The notes beneath the pieces are model-generated. The model saw only the letters and a list, made by a program, of their open reading frames with translations. It had not been told where the DNA came from and made no database searches. Below are positions 48,408-58,156 of a stretch of 64,000 nucleotides of DNA, one piece after another. The stretch comes from Candidatus Oxydemutator sp. (lineage in GTDB: Bacteria; Pseudomonadota; Gammaproteobacteria; Poriferisulfidales; Oxydemutatoraceae): the NCBI GenBank assembly GCA_965203445.1, contig OZ241883.1:896001-960000 (forward strand), in the 5' to 3' direction. Position numbers and translations under genes: made by a program. Position 1 is the stretch's first letter, and every line of letters starts with the position of its first letter.

Positions 48408-49919
48408 ATGCGTTTGGCTACCGTCCACAGCAGGGCGTGCCGGGGGCTGGAGGCGATACCGGTCAAAGTCGAGGTTCATATCGCCTCGGGGCTTCCGCAC
48501 ATGCACATCGTCGGTCTGCCCGAGACCGCCGTGCGCGAGAGCCAGCACCGGGTGCGCGCGGCGCTGTCGCAGAATCAGTTCGAATTTCCGTGCCGGCGCA
48601 TCACGGTCAACCTGGCGCCCGCCGATCTGCGCAAGGGGGGCGGGCGTTTCGATCTGCCTATCGCGCTCGGCATCCTCGCGGCCAGCGGCCAACTGCCGCG
48701 CGACGCGCTCGACGACTGCGAGTTCATCGCGGAATTGAGCCTGAGCGGTTCGCTGTTGCCGGTCAAGGGGGTGATCCCGGCGGTGCTCGCGGCCGGCCGC
48801 CTGCGCCGCCGCCTGCTGATCGCGGACGACAACGCCGGCGAGGCCGGGCTTACCGGCCAGCCGCACGTCTATAGCGCGTCGCACTTGCTCGAAGTGTACG
48901 GCGGGCTGCTCGGCGAGACCGAACTGAAGCCGGTGGCGGCCGTCGCGCCGCCGGCCGATACCGGCGCCGCGCCCGACGTCCGCGACGTGCGCGGCCAGCG
49001 CGAGGCGGTGCGCGCGCTCGAGATCGCCGCCGCCGGGCGCCACCACTGTCTGATGCTCGGTTCTCCCGGCAGCGGCAAGACGATGCTCGCAAACCGCATG
49101 CCCGGCATCCTGCCGCCGCTGGGCACCGCCGAGGCGGTCGAGACCGCGTCGGTGACGTCGCTAGGCCCGGAAGCGCCGTGCGCCGCGAACTTCTACCGCC
49201 GCCCGTTCCGCTCGCCGCATCACAGCTGCTCGGCGGTCGCGCTGGTCGGCGGCGGCAGCAACGAGCCGAAGCCGGGGGAGATCTCAATGGCGCACAACGG
49301 CGTTTTGTTTCTCGACGAACTGCTGGAGTTCAGCCGCACCGCGCTCGACGCGCTGCGCGAACCGATAGAGAGCGGCGTGATACATATCGCGCGCGCCGGC
49401 TATAGCGTCGAGTATCCGGCCCGCTTTCAGCTGATCGCGGCGATGAACCCGTGCCCGGACGGCGCCGACACCGACGAGAACGGGCGCTGCCCGTGCAGCG
49501 AGCAGAAATTGAGGCACTACTATCGGCGTCTGTCGGCGCCGATGCTGGATCGCATAGACCTTCACGTCCGCGTGCCGCGCATACGCTGGAGCGGTATCGA
49601 GCGCGACGACGCGCGTGGCGAGGCGAGCGAGGTTATCCGTGCGCGCGTGGCGCGCTCGTGGAAACGGCAGCTCGAACGCCAGGGTTGCGCCAACGCGCGC
49701 CTGCAAAACGCCCGGATAGAGAAGTTGTGCGCACTGTCGGGCGACGACCGCAGACTGCTGAACCGCTCCGCCGACCGCCTGCAACTGTCCGCGCGCGCCT
49801 GCTACCGCGTGCTGAAAGTGGCGCGCACCATCGCCGACGTGGCCTGCGCCGACGTCGTCGAGCGCCCGCACCTGCTGGAGGCGATTCATTACCGCTCGTT
49901 GGATCAGCTGATGAAATAA
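48408..49919 (+). CDS. comM: YifB/ComM Mg-chelatase-like AAA ATPase
   Basis: VNLAPADLRK, GSPGSGKTM, PFRSPHH, LFLDE, AAMNPCP, LDRID. Confidence 0.93.
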   Translation: MRLATVHSRACRGLEAIPVKVEVHIASGLPHMHIVGLPETAVRESQHRVRAALSQNQFEFPCRRITVNLAPADLRKGGGRFDLPIALGILAASGQLPRDALDDCEFIAELSLSGSLLPVKGVIPAVLAAGRLRRRLLIADDNAGEAGLTGQPHVYSASHLLEVYGGLLGETELKPVAAVAPPADTGAAPDVRDVRGQREAVRALEIAAAGRHHCLMLGSPGSGKTMLANRMPGILPPLGTAEAVETASVTSLGPEAPCAANFYRRPFRSPHHSCSAVALVGGGSNEPKPGEISMAHNGVLFLDELLEFSRTALDALREPIESGVIHIARAGYSVEYPARFQLIAAMNPCPDGADTDENGRCPCSEQKLRHYYRRLSAPMLDRIDLHVRVPRIRWSGIERDDARGEASEVIRARVARSWKRQLERQGCANARLQNARIEKLCALSGDDRRLLNRSADRLQLSARACYRVLKVARTIADVACADVVERPHLLEAIHYRSLDQLMK

Positions 49920-49921
49920 GG

Positions 49922-50004
49922 CTCGCTGAGAATCTCGAACGAACGCGAGCGGAACTCGCGGCGATAGAGCACCGACGCCACCCGCGTCGTGCCCGGCATG
50001 AACA
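49922..50004 (-). pseudogene. Duplicated 3' fragment of the DUF599 gene
   Basis: Encodes VLYRREFRSRSFEILSE, matching 53615-53700. Confidence 0.85.
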
Positions 50005-50029
50005 ATCGGTAATTCGCTGACGGAACGAA

Positions 50030-50140
50030 GGCGGGGCGCCCGCACCGGGGGCCGGGGAGCGGCACCCCGTGCCAGGCCGTCGAGAAGCAACTCCCCCATT
50101 TGTCCGGTACGTGGTGGCCCCATGCAGGTGGCCCCATACA
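50030..50140 (+). mobile_element. Degenerate IS481 3' end
   Basis: CGCCCGCACCGG...CACCCCGTGCCAGGCC...CCCCATTTGTCCGG...GGCCCCATACA. Confidence 0.8.
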
Positions 50141-50145
50141 GTGAG

Positions 50146-50173
50146 TTGACAATATCCGGTGGTGTGATAGTTT
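50146..50173 (+). promoter_or_regulatory. sigma70-like promoter
   Basis: TTGACA, 16 nt, TAGTTT with extended -10 TG. Confidence 0.55.
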
Positions 50174-50181
50174 GATTGCCA

Positions 50182-50342
50182 GTCACTTGTAACGCGGGCT
50201 GTCCCATGTCGGGATACTCGCTGAATAGAACACTCAGTTGAACGGCGGGGGTCGCTCCCTTGCCTTGAGGAATAAGCGGGATTGCATCTATCCGTGTTGC
50301 AAGTGACCCGTCCCGGCGCTTTGCCGGTGCGGTCACAGGAGG
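50182..50342 (+). ncRNA. Candidate multi-stem cis-regulatory RNA in the protease leader
   Basis: 16-bp closing stem 50182-50197/50292-50307 with two G-U pairs, enclosing three hairpins. Confidence 0.55.
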
Positions 50343-50347
50343 AAGAT

Positions 50348-52081
50348 ATGTTGTCGTTCTTGAGGCAAAATCCGTCCGGATTTTGTTCGTCGTTTTTTTG
50401 TTCTTTGATTCTTTATAGCGGCGGCTTTTTGACACCATTCGTTGCCACGGCCCAAGCCGATGCTTTGACCGTGCCTGGCGAGGCGCCGATAGAAACGGTC
50501 CCCGGCGAACGTCGGGAAACACAGGCCAACGCCCGCTACCTGGCGCCGACGTATCCCCCGTCCTCGAGGTTTGACCTGCCCCCATTCAGCCGCGACGAGG
50601 AGAAGAAAATCAGGGCGCTTGTCGCAAACAAAAGACGCTATTACACGGGGTTTGGGAGAGATCTGTCGCTGGCCGCGCAAAACTGGTTTCTGGTCGAGCG
50701 GCGCGACGGCTTCGACGTCTGGCAGGCCCACGTATATTCGCCGTCCGCCTTACACGTGACCGCGCATTTGTCCGGCTTCGGTCTTGGCGAGGGAGCGTTT
50801 GTCAACGTGTATTCCCTCGACTCGCGGGATGAGTACATGGGAACCTACAGCGGCCGCGGGCCGGAGGGAAACGGGCGCTTCATATCGAATATCGTGCTTG
50901 GGGATACGATAGTCTTCGAGTTCTGGTCGCCGACGGAAAGCGATCTGACCCCCGCCGGGTTTCCGTTTTCCATTGATTCCATCACCCACACTTTTCGAGA
51001 TAAAGACGGCCGATTGCATGGTTTGTCTTCGGACGGGGAGAGAAGACCCGTTCAACACGTTGCCGATAACAGTTCGTGCCCGGTAAACGTGTCGCGTTGC
51101 GCCGACTACGGCATGACAGTCGGGAGTGCGGTGGCGAGATATATCGTTACCGCCCCAGGCGGAGAGCAGGTTCTATGCACCGGCGCCTTGCTGTCGTCGG
51201 CCGCCGCCAATTCCAGGCGTCTTTTCATGACCGCGTGGCATTGCGTGGAGGATACGGTGGTGGACTCGGAAGCCGGAAGCATCCCTGTAAACGCCATGTT
51301 CACTTTTGGCGACGACACGTGCGATTTGCAGACCGCCACCGCCCGAGGCACCCGTTTTGTCGCGGGCAACAGACGGGGGGACTGGGCCTTGTTGCGGTTG
51401 GATCAGACGCCGTCCGGGGATTTTGCGCCGGGCACTTTGGGGTTTCTCAGCAATCGCGTGGCTACTGGGAGCAGCATATGGGGTATTCACCACGCGACCG
51501 GCCAGGATCAGCAGCGTTATTACGAAGGTCTCGTTGCTTCTTATAGTTTCCTGGAGAATCCTTCGGTGACTTGCAGCGATGGGAGCCCTGATTGCGCAGA
51601 GTTCAATACCTTCTGTGAAGGGACGGGATGCTCGCATTATGAAGTGGATATTACAGAGGGAGGGTTGACGGGCGGGGCCTCAGGCTCTCCCGCATTCGTG
51701 GACGTCCAGGGCGCAATGCCCGGATTTACAGGCCTCACGACCCATGCTGATCCCGATCCCGGAACGTGCCACCCGAGTATCTCCATATTCGAGAAGATGT
51801 ATGAGGACGGGCGGGTCGAAGGCGCGCTGACGTACGGCGACGACTATTTCACCAGCACCGGCACGGCGGCCAATTTCGATGACCGTGCAAGGCCCGTATA
51901 CGCCTATAGCGATGGTGGCAGTGACAGCAGTGGCGGCGGCAGCAGCAGCGGCAGCAGTGGCGGTGGCGGCAGTGCCACTGGCTACACGACGTTGCTCATT
52001 CTGGCGGGGCTGCTGTTGCTGGCGTCCTTCAAGTGCGGCAAGCCGCCGAGATTTCCGCGTATGCGCAGCGACGTGAAGTAG
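50348..52081 (+). CDS. Secreted trypsin-like (lysyl endopeptidase-like) serine protease with GlyGly-CTERM-like anchor
   Basis: Signal and propeptide, CTGALL, MTAWHC, GDWALLRL, GGASGSP; Ser/Gly linker + GGGS + TM + basic tail. Confidence 0.88.
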   Translation: MLSFLRQNPSGFCSSFFCSLILYSGGFLTPFVATAQADALTVPGEAPIETVPGERRETQANARYLAPTYPPSSRFDLPPFSRDEEKKIRALVANKRRYYTGFGRDLSLAAQNWFLVERRDGFDVWQAHVYSPSALHVTAHLSGFGLGEGAFVNVYSLDSRDEYMGTYSGRGPEGNGRFISNIVLGDTIVFEFWSPTESDLTPAGFPFSIDSITHTFRDKDGRLHGLSSDGERRPVQHVADNSSCPVNVSRCADYGMTVGSAVARYIVTAPGGEQVLCTGALLSSAAANSRRLFMTAWHCVEDTVVDSEAGSIPVNAMFTFGDDTCDLQTATARGTRFVAGNRRGDWALLRLDQTPSGDFAPGTLGFLSNRVATGSSIWGIHHATGQDQQRYYEGLVASYSFLENPSVTCSDGSPDCAEFNTFCEGTGCSHYEVDITEGGLTGGASGSPAFVDVQGAMPGFTGLTTHADPDPGTCHPSISIFEKMYEDGRVEGALTYGDDYFTSTGTAANFDDRARPVYAYSDGGSDSSGGGSSSGSSGGGGSATGYTTLLILAGLLLLASFKCGKPPRFPRMRSDVK

Positions 52082-52416
52082 TCGCCAAGCCCGGAGGATT
52101 ACAAGAGGGAAGACCGCCTTAATCCGGCCATGCCGCCATCAGCGCTTTTGTGCATTATGTCGGGCGCTTGGCGGCGGCGGGACGGCCGCCGATTTGAAAC
52201 AACACTGAGCCGGTGTCGGTAGTTTGGGTGAGAGCAGGGACGACCTTGTCGCCCGCCAGGGGTTGCGCCTGACCTGCTCTCCTCTTTTGTATAAAGGAAG
52301 CGGCGAGAAGATGTGCACAACGGATTTTGTGTCTATTCTGTTACGCACAAAACGGATTGTGCAAAGTATATTCAAGAAAGCTTTGTATAAATCGCCGATA
52401 GTGCTACTATTTCACC

Positions 52417-53556
52417 ATGAGGCCTTTCATCCCGCCCGAGCTGCCAATAGAAAGCATTGATTACCTGGCACTTTTGCCTCATATCGGCAGGGCCAACCGG
52501 GCACTGGCACAATACGACGGGCTGGTTCAGAACTCCCCCAATCCCGATATTTTTCTAATCCCCCTCGCCCGGCGCGAAGCGCTGGACTCGTCGCGGATCG
52601 AGGGTTTGCGCTCCACTTTGGGCGAGGTATTTCGCTTTTCCGAGGAGCAACGCGACGCTATTGCCGAGGAAAGAGGCGAAGACTTGAAAGAAATAGCGAA
52701 TTATGCCGCCACCTTGCGCTTGGCGAGGCGCCTGGTGGAGGGGGAACTCGAGGATGGCTCTTTCACTCTCGATCTGCTGCGGAAACTGCACGCATGTCTG
52801 CTCGACAGCGTGCGCGGGCAGAGAAAATCTCCCGGAGAATTCCGCGACGTCCAAAACTGGATAGCGCGGCCAGGCGCGCCGATGGAGCGGGCATTGTTTG
52901 TGCCCCCGGCGCCGGATAGGGTGCCGGAGTTCCTCGAAAAGTGGCGGGGTTTTTATCATTCCGAGCAGCCCGACGTGCTCGTGCATGCGGCTGTTTTGCA
53001 CGCTCAGTTCGAGTTGATCCACCCGTTTCGAGACGGCAACGGCCGTCTCGGGCGCATCCTGATTCCTATTTTTATGTACGGCAAGGGAGTGCTATCCAGG
53101 CCGAACTTCTATCTTTCCACCTATCTGGAAAGGCACCGCGGCGCATATATGGGCGCGTTGCGCGGCCTGAACACGTGGCCCGGCGACTGGAATCGCTGGA
53201 TAGCTTTCTTTCTGCAGGCGCTGTCGGTGCAGGCGTCGGAGGACTGCGACAAGATAAGAGAGATGACAAAGCTGCACGGCGTCCTTACAAGGCGCTCCAT
53301 AAGCCTGACCCGTTCGCCGTTCGCAACCTTGGTGGTGGATGCGATTTTCGAGCGGCCCGTTTTCAGCGCGCCGCAAATCAGCAAGGCCCTTGCCGCCCAT
53401 GGCAAGCCGCCGTCCGCTCAGGCGCTGCGCATTATCCTCAAAAAATTGGTGGACGGTAAGGTTCTACGCATCGTGGAACCGGGCAGGGGGCGGCGCCCGG
53501 CGACGTATGACCTGCCTGAACTGATGGACTTGCTGGAGGCGCGGGCGGCGGTGTAG
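52417..53556 (+). CDS. Fic family protein (DUF4172-Fic-HTH type)
   Basis: SSRIEG, PGEFR..QNWI, HPFRDGNGRLGR. Confidence 0.93.
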   Translation: MRPFIPPELPIESIDYLALLPHIGRANRALAQYDGLVQNSPNPDIFLIPLARREALDSSRIEGLRSTLGEVFRFSEEQRDAIAEERGEDLKEIANYAATLRLARRLVEGELEDGSFTLDLLRKLHACLLDSVRGQRKSPGEFRDVQNWIARPGAPMERALFVPPAPDRVPEFLEKWRGFYHSEQPDVLVHAAVLHAQFELIHPFRDGNGRLGRILIPIFMYGKGVLSRPNFYLSTYLERHRGAYMGALRGLNTWPGDWNRWIAFFLQALSVQASEDCDKIREMTKLHGVLTRRSISLTRSPFATLVVDAIFERPVFSAPQISKALAAHGKPPSAQALRIILKKLVDGKVLRIVEPGRGRRPATYDLPELMDLLEARAAV

Positions 53557-53614
53557 CGCTAGCGCGTCGGCGTCGTCAGCCGAGCAATGCGACGGCTTGC
53601 GCCGCCGTCGCTTT

Positions 53615-54301
53615 CTACTCGCTGAGAATCTTGAACGAGCGCGAGCGGAACTCGCGGCGGTAGAGCACCGACACCACCCACATCGTAACTAACATGAACA
53701 GCCCCGGGTGCAGAAACCAGCCGAGCGCGGCGAGCGCGAAGAAGTAGGCGCGCAGACCGTTGTTGAACTGGCGTCCGGCCAAGCTGTACAGCTGGCCGAT
53801 GCGGTCGGCCTCGCCGGCGGACGGCTGCTCTTCGTCGGTGGGCGGCATCGCGCCGATCAGGATCGCGCAGTAGTTGTACAGGCGGTAGCACCACGCGAAC
53901 TTGAAGAAGGCATAGACGAAGATGACCACCATCATCAATACCTTGCCCTGCCACAGCGTGCGCGACACCTGGGTGCCGAACGGCAGTTGCGCCATGACCG
54001 CGATGGCCTCGTCGGCGGCGCCGAGTATCGCCAGCAGGCCGCCGACCAGCAGCAGCGAAGTCGAGGCGAAAAACGCGACGCCGCTGACCAGCGAACTGTG
54101 TATCAGCGCGTCCATCATGCGCGTTTCGCGGCGCTGCATCATGTTGCGCATCCACTGGCAGCGGCGCACGTCTATCAGCGCGCTGGCGCTGCGCCGCCGC
54201 CAGCGGCTGTAATCGGCGAACCACACGTAGCCGAACCAGCACGCCAGAAACCACGCGAACGCGACACCGTCGAAAAGACTCAGATCGGGGGCGGGGGACA
54301 T
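53615..54301 (-). CDS. DUF599 membrane protein
   Basis: R..WM..M, FFASTS, YAFFKFAW..R, FNNGLRAYFF, RREFRS. Confidence 0.88.
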   Translation of the reverse strand: MSPAPDLSLFDGVAFAWFLACWFGYVWFADYSRWRRRSASALIDVRRCQWMRNMMQRRETRMMDALIHSSLVSGVAFFASTSLLLVGGLLAILGAADEAIAVMAQLPFGTQVSRTLWQGKVLMMVVIFVYAFFKFAWCYRLYNYCAILIGAMPPTDEEQPSAGEADRIGQLYSLAGRQFNNGLRAYFFALAALGWFLHPGLFMLVTMWVVSVLYRREFRSRSFKILSE

Positions 54302-54424
54302 GGCGGTCGGGCGGGACGATGGCGGGATGGTGTGCGGCTCTCGTGACGGTTCTCGCCGCGGATGATAACAGTATTGGTTTGTCATTCCCGTACATGTTCA
54401 CTAATTCGTTGCCGGACCGGGGGC

Positions 54425-54518
54425 GGAGCGCCCGCGCCAGGGTCTGAGGAGCAGTGCCCCGTACCATGCCATCGAAAAACAACGCCCCCATTTGTCCAGA
54501 ATGTGGCGGCCCCGTACA
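54425..54518 (+). mobile_element. Degenerate IS481 3' end with near-intact right TIR
   Basis: AAAAACAACGCCCCCATTTGTCCAGAATGTGGCGGCCCCGTACA. Confidence 0.85.
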
Positions 54519-54965
54519 TTGCCTTGATTAAAGAGAACAACGGAAACATACTATTGCCGATGGCCTTCTGTGAAGGTTCGCCGATGCATCCTTCCTATGG
54601 TGCGGGACATGCAACCGTCGCCGGTGCATGTGTCACAATTCTCAAGGCATTTTTCGATCACAGTCATCCAATCCAAATAGCAGGCGAGGGGCATGGCATT
54701 TGTGCCGGATGGTGCGACAAAGGGCACTACCCTCAAAGCAGTGTCGTCTGAGCCTTTAACCGTGGAAGGCGAGTTGAATAAGCTTGCGTCGAATATCTCT
54801 ATCGGCCGTAATTGGGCCGGGGTGCACTATTTCTCAGATTATATTGAATCCCTGAGAATGGGGGAACAAATCGCAATAGGAATCCTTGAGGAACAAAAGC
54901 TGACGTATCATGAAAATTTCTCCATGACTGTCCCGCTTTTCGATGGAGGGTCCATAAGAGTATAG
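54519..54965 (+). pseudogene. C-terminal fragment of a vanadium-dependent haloperoxidase, frameshifted
   Basis: EGSPMHPSYGAGHATVAGAC, then in another frame GELNKLASNISIGRNWAGVHYFSD. Confidence 0.85.
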
Positions 54966-55042
54966 GGAATTGCCCAGTCTTGTGCTTTTCGGCAACGAGC
55001 CCCTCATGGTATGCGCCGAACCGTCTCCCGACTTAGGGAGCA

Positions 55043-55393
55043 TGACGTTGTTCATTTTGGCGGGGTTGCTACTGCTGGCGTCGCTCAGTCGCGGGCAGCT
55101 CCGGAGCGACGTGAAGTAATTGCTGGATCGGAAGATAGCGAGAGGGAAGACCGCCCGTTGCCATGAGTCCATAATTGGTTTTCCCTTTACGCCACTGTTT
55201 TGCGCTTGGCAGAAACGGCTGCCCCGGTTGCGTGGCTTGCATGCGCAGCCCGGCGACTGGAATCACTAGATAGCTTTCTTTCTGGAGCGCCGTCGGTGCA
55301 GGCGTCGGAGGGTCGCGACAAAATAAGAAAGACGACGGAGCCACACGGCGTCCTCAAAAGGTGCTCCATAAATCTGACTCGTTCGCCGTTCGC
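55043..55393 (+). pseudogene. Decayed copies of the protease tail and of a Fic gene segment
   Basis: 55043-55155 matches ~51985-52120; 55245-55393 matches ~53175-53325. Confidence 0.8.
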
Positions 55394-55417
55394 GGGGCAG
55401 TTCGACGGCTTGCGCCG

Positions 55418-56296
55418 TTACCGCAGGCACTCTGCCAGTGCTTCCTGGAGCTTCGGGAACGCAAACTCCATTCCCGGCGTTCCGCCGTCCACGATCCGTT
55501 GCCCGCCGAGCAGCAGCACCGACATTTCTCCCAACGTCGCCCTCAGTGCCCAGTTCGGCGCGTGGCCGAGGCGCGGGCGTTTGAGGGCGGCGGCCAGCGT
55601 GCGGGAGAAATCCTTTTGCCGCACCGGGTGCGGGGCTACCGCGTTATAGACGCCGGCGCACGAATCGTTCGACAGGGTGCTGCGGATCATCGTTACGACG
55701 TCGGCCAGGTGTATCCAGGGCACCCATTGCTCGCCGCTGCCCAGCGTGCCGCCCAACCCCATCTTGTAGAACGGCAGCAGTTTCGCCAGCGCGCCGCCGC
55801 GCCCGAGGACGACGCCCAAGCGCAAAATACAAGTCCTGCCGTGAAAGTCCTCCGGCTGCGCGGCGGCCTCCCAGTCACGGCACAGTTCATGTGCGAAGTC
55901 CGCCACCGGCGTCGTCGTGAGCGTAACTTGCGCGTTTTTCTGATCGCCGTAGTAGCCGACCGCCGAGGCGCTCACCAACACCGCCGGTTTGTGTCCGGCC
56001 CGTTTCAGCCATTGCATCAGGCGGCGGGTCAGTTCCACGCGGCTTTGCCGCAGCACTTGCTTGCGCGCGTTGCTCCAGCGCGCGGCGGCTATCGGCGCAC
56101 CGGCCAGGTTCACGACGGCGTCGAGCGGCGATGCCTCGATCTTGTCGAGCGCGTCCACGATCTTCGCCCCCGGAACCTTGGCCGCGGTCTTTGCCGGGGT
56201 GCGCGACCAGACGTGCAGGCGGTGGCCGTCTGCGAGCAGCGCACGGCTTAAGGCGGTGCCGATGAAGCCGCTGCCGCCAGTGATAAGGATTTGCAC
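55418..56296 (-). CDS. TIGR01777/YfcH-family NAD-dependent epimerase
   Basis: ITGGSGFIG, VNLAGA, SASAVGYYG, WIHL.D. Confidence 0.92.
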   Translation of the reverse strand: MQILITGGSGFIGTALSRALLADGHRLHVWSRTPAKTAAKVPGAKIVDALDKIEASPLDAVVNLAGAPIAAARWSNARKQVLRQSRVELTRRLMQWLKRAGHKPAVLVSASAVGYYGDQKNAQVTLTTTPVADFAHELCRDWEAAAQPEDFHGRTCILRLGVVLGRGGALAKLLPFYKMGLGGTLGSGEQWVPWIHLADVVTMIRSTLSNDSCAGVYNAVAPHPVRQKDFSRTLAAALKRPRLGHAPNWALRATLGEMSVLLLGGQRIVDGGTPGMEFAFPKLQEALAECLR

Positions 56297-56378
56297 GTTG
56301 CGGTTTCCCGCCGGCTGTATCCCGAGGATCGAGAGTGGGAGGGAAGGAAGAAAAGTCGCCCTTGCTTGGGCGGTTGTC

Positions 56379-56858
56379 TCACTCCACCGAAAACCCCGCC
56401 GCCTTCAGCATGTAATCCACCGTCATCCGTATTGTCTCGTCCGACAGATCGGTGCGTCCGGCCTTGGGCGGCATGTTGCCCTTGCCGTTGATGACCGATT
56501 GGTAGAGTACTTCCAGGCCCTGCGCAAAGCGCGGCTCCCAGGCGGCGTTGTCGCCGAACAGCGGCGATTCGACGAGGCCGGTGGCGTGACAGGATTGGCA
56601 GGCGGACTGATAGATTTCCTCAGGCGTCGCCGTGGCCGGGGCGACGCCCGCCGGCGGCGTCATTATCGCGACGGAGGCCGTGCCTACGTGCACCCGGCTG
56701 ATCGGCGCGATGCGCTCCTTCGTGCGTTTCTCCATCGCCATGTCGAAGGTTTCCTCCTCCGAGGACAGTCCGATGGAGAGGATGAGGATAAAAATCACGA
56801 TCGCGACGAGCGCCGCGAGCACCGTCGCAAAGTTGTTGATAAATTCCTGGTCTTGCAT
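56379..56858 (-). CDS. Cytochrome c5
   Basis: TM, RIAP, CQSCH, MPPKAG. Confidence 0.9.
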   Translation of the reverse strand: MQDQEFINNFATVLAALVAIVIFILILSIGLSSEEETFDMAMEKRTKERIAPISRVHVGTASVAIMTPPAGVAPATATPEEIYQSACQSCHATGLVESPLFGDNAAWEPRFAQGLEVLYQSVINGKGNMPPKAGRTDLSDETIRMTVDYMLKAAGFSVE

Positions 56859-56992
56859 TGGTCTCTCTTGGTCGCGCGCGGCTCCATATAGCGAACGCCA
56901 CGATAGCGCGCCGGCGAGTGCCGGAGCGGCCGAGGGAGCATTTTACAACAGTTCGCGCCGGCAGTTTGCGCCAGCGCCGCTATTGCCGCCCG

Positions 56993-58144
56993 TCACAGAT
57001 CCGTGAGCAGGCGGTGGGCCGATACCGCGCGTATCCCGTCGGCCAGGGGGTAGGATGCGTCGCCCGCGTGCACCACGATCAGTTCCGTGAGTTCGAGGTC
57101 TTTTATCGCGTGGCGCATGGACGGCGTGACGGTCGGCGCCGTGGATAGTTTCACTTCTACGCCCAGGCGCTTCCTGCCCGATGGAACAAACACGTCGAGT
57201 TCCGCGCCCGTGTGCGTTCGCCAGTAGTAGAAATCCCGGCCCGGCCCCCGCATCTGCTCCATGATCAGCTCCACCATCAGGCCTTCCCACGAGGCGCCCC
57301 TTGCCGGATGTGCGTCGAGGGTGCCGGCGTCGCCGATGCCGAGCAGCGAATGCACGAGCCCGGCGTCCCGAATGTATATTTTCGGCGCCTTGACCTGGCG
57401 CTTGTTCAGGTTCGCAAGCCACGGCGGCAGTTGTCTGATCACCAGCGCGTCGGTGAGGACGTCCAGGTAGCGACGCACGGTGGTATCGGCGACGCCGAAC
57501 GAACGCGCGAACTCCGAGGAGTTCCAGGTCTGGCCGTGGCGGTGCGCCAGCATCGCCCAGAAGCGCCGCAGGGTCGTCCCCGGCGTGCGCACGCCGAGTT
57601 GGGCCAGATCGCGTTCGATGAACGTGCGCTTGAAACTTTCCAGCCACTCGAAGCAATCCCGGTTCGAGCGCGCGAGATAGGCGTTGGGGAAACCGCCCCG
57701 CAGCCACCGCCGTCGCAGCCGGTCGTTGCCCACTTCATCCAGCCCCAGGCCGTTCAGCTCATAGTAATGGACGCGCCCGGCCAGGGACTCGGAGGATTGC
57801 CGCGATAGATCGGGCGACGCGCTGCCCAGCACCAGAAAGCGGGCCGGTCGCGGCCTGCGGTCGGACAATACCCGCAGCAATGGGAAAAGCTCCGGCAGTC
57901 GCTGCACCTCGTCAATGATGATCAGCCCCTTGAGGTTGCGCAGCGCGAGGCTTGCGTCTTTTTTGAGGCGCGAAAAATCGGCGGGATCTTCCAGGTCGAA
58001 ATGATGGAATTGCCGGCCATAGCCGTCGGCCACCTGCCTGGCCAGCGTGGTCTTGCCGATCTGCCGCGGCCCCAGAATGGCGACGACGGCAAAGCGCTTC
58101 AGGCGCCCGATTATCTCGGCGACGTGTCTTGATCGTGTGACCAT
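56993..58144 (-). CDS. AAA_14 ATPase with DUF4143 domain (paralogue of 4594-5772)
   Basis: GPRQIGKTT, IDEVQ, RGGFP, KAPKIYIRD, VEVK. Confidence 0.9.
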   Translation of the reverse strand: MVTRSRHVAEIIGRLKRFAVVAILGPRQIGKTTLARQVADGYGRQFHHFDLEDPADFSRLKKDASLALRNLKGLIIIDEVQRLPELFPLLRVLSDRRPRPARFLVLGSASPDLSRQSSESLAGRVHYYELNGLGLDEVGNDRLRRRWLRGGFPNAYLARSNRDCFEWLESFKRTFIERDLAQLGVRTPGTTLRRFWAMLAHRHGQTWNSSEFARSFGVADTTVRRYLDVLTDALVIRQLPPWLANLNKRQVKAPKIYIRDAGLVHSLLGIGDAGTLDAHPARGASWEGLMVELIMEQMRGPGRDFYYWRTHTGAELDVFVPSGRKRLGVEVKLSTAPTVTPSMRHAIKDLELTELIVVHAGDASYPLADGIRAVSAHRLLTDL

Positions 58145-58156
58145 GGGTGCGACTAT

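Noticed and set aside
47607-49046. Long N-terminal parts of ORFs 47196-49046, 56993-58858, 31732-33594 and 46387-47547
   Set aside because: They overlap other well-supported genes; true starts are internal (47606, 58144, 33408, 47196).
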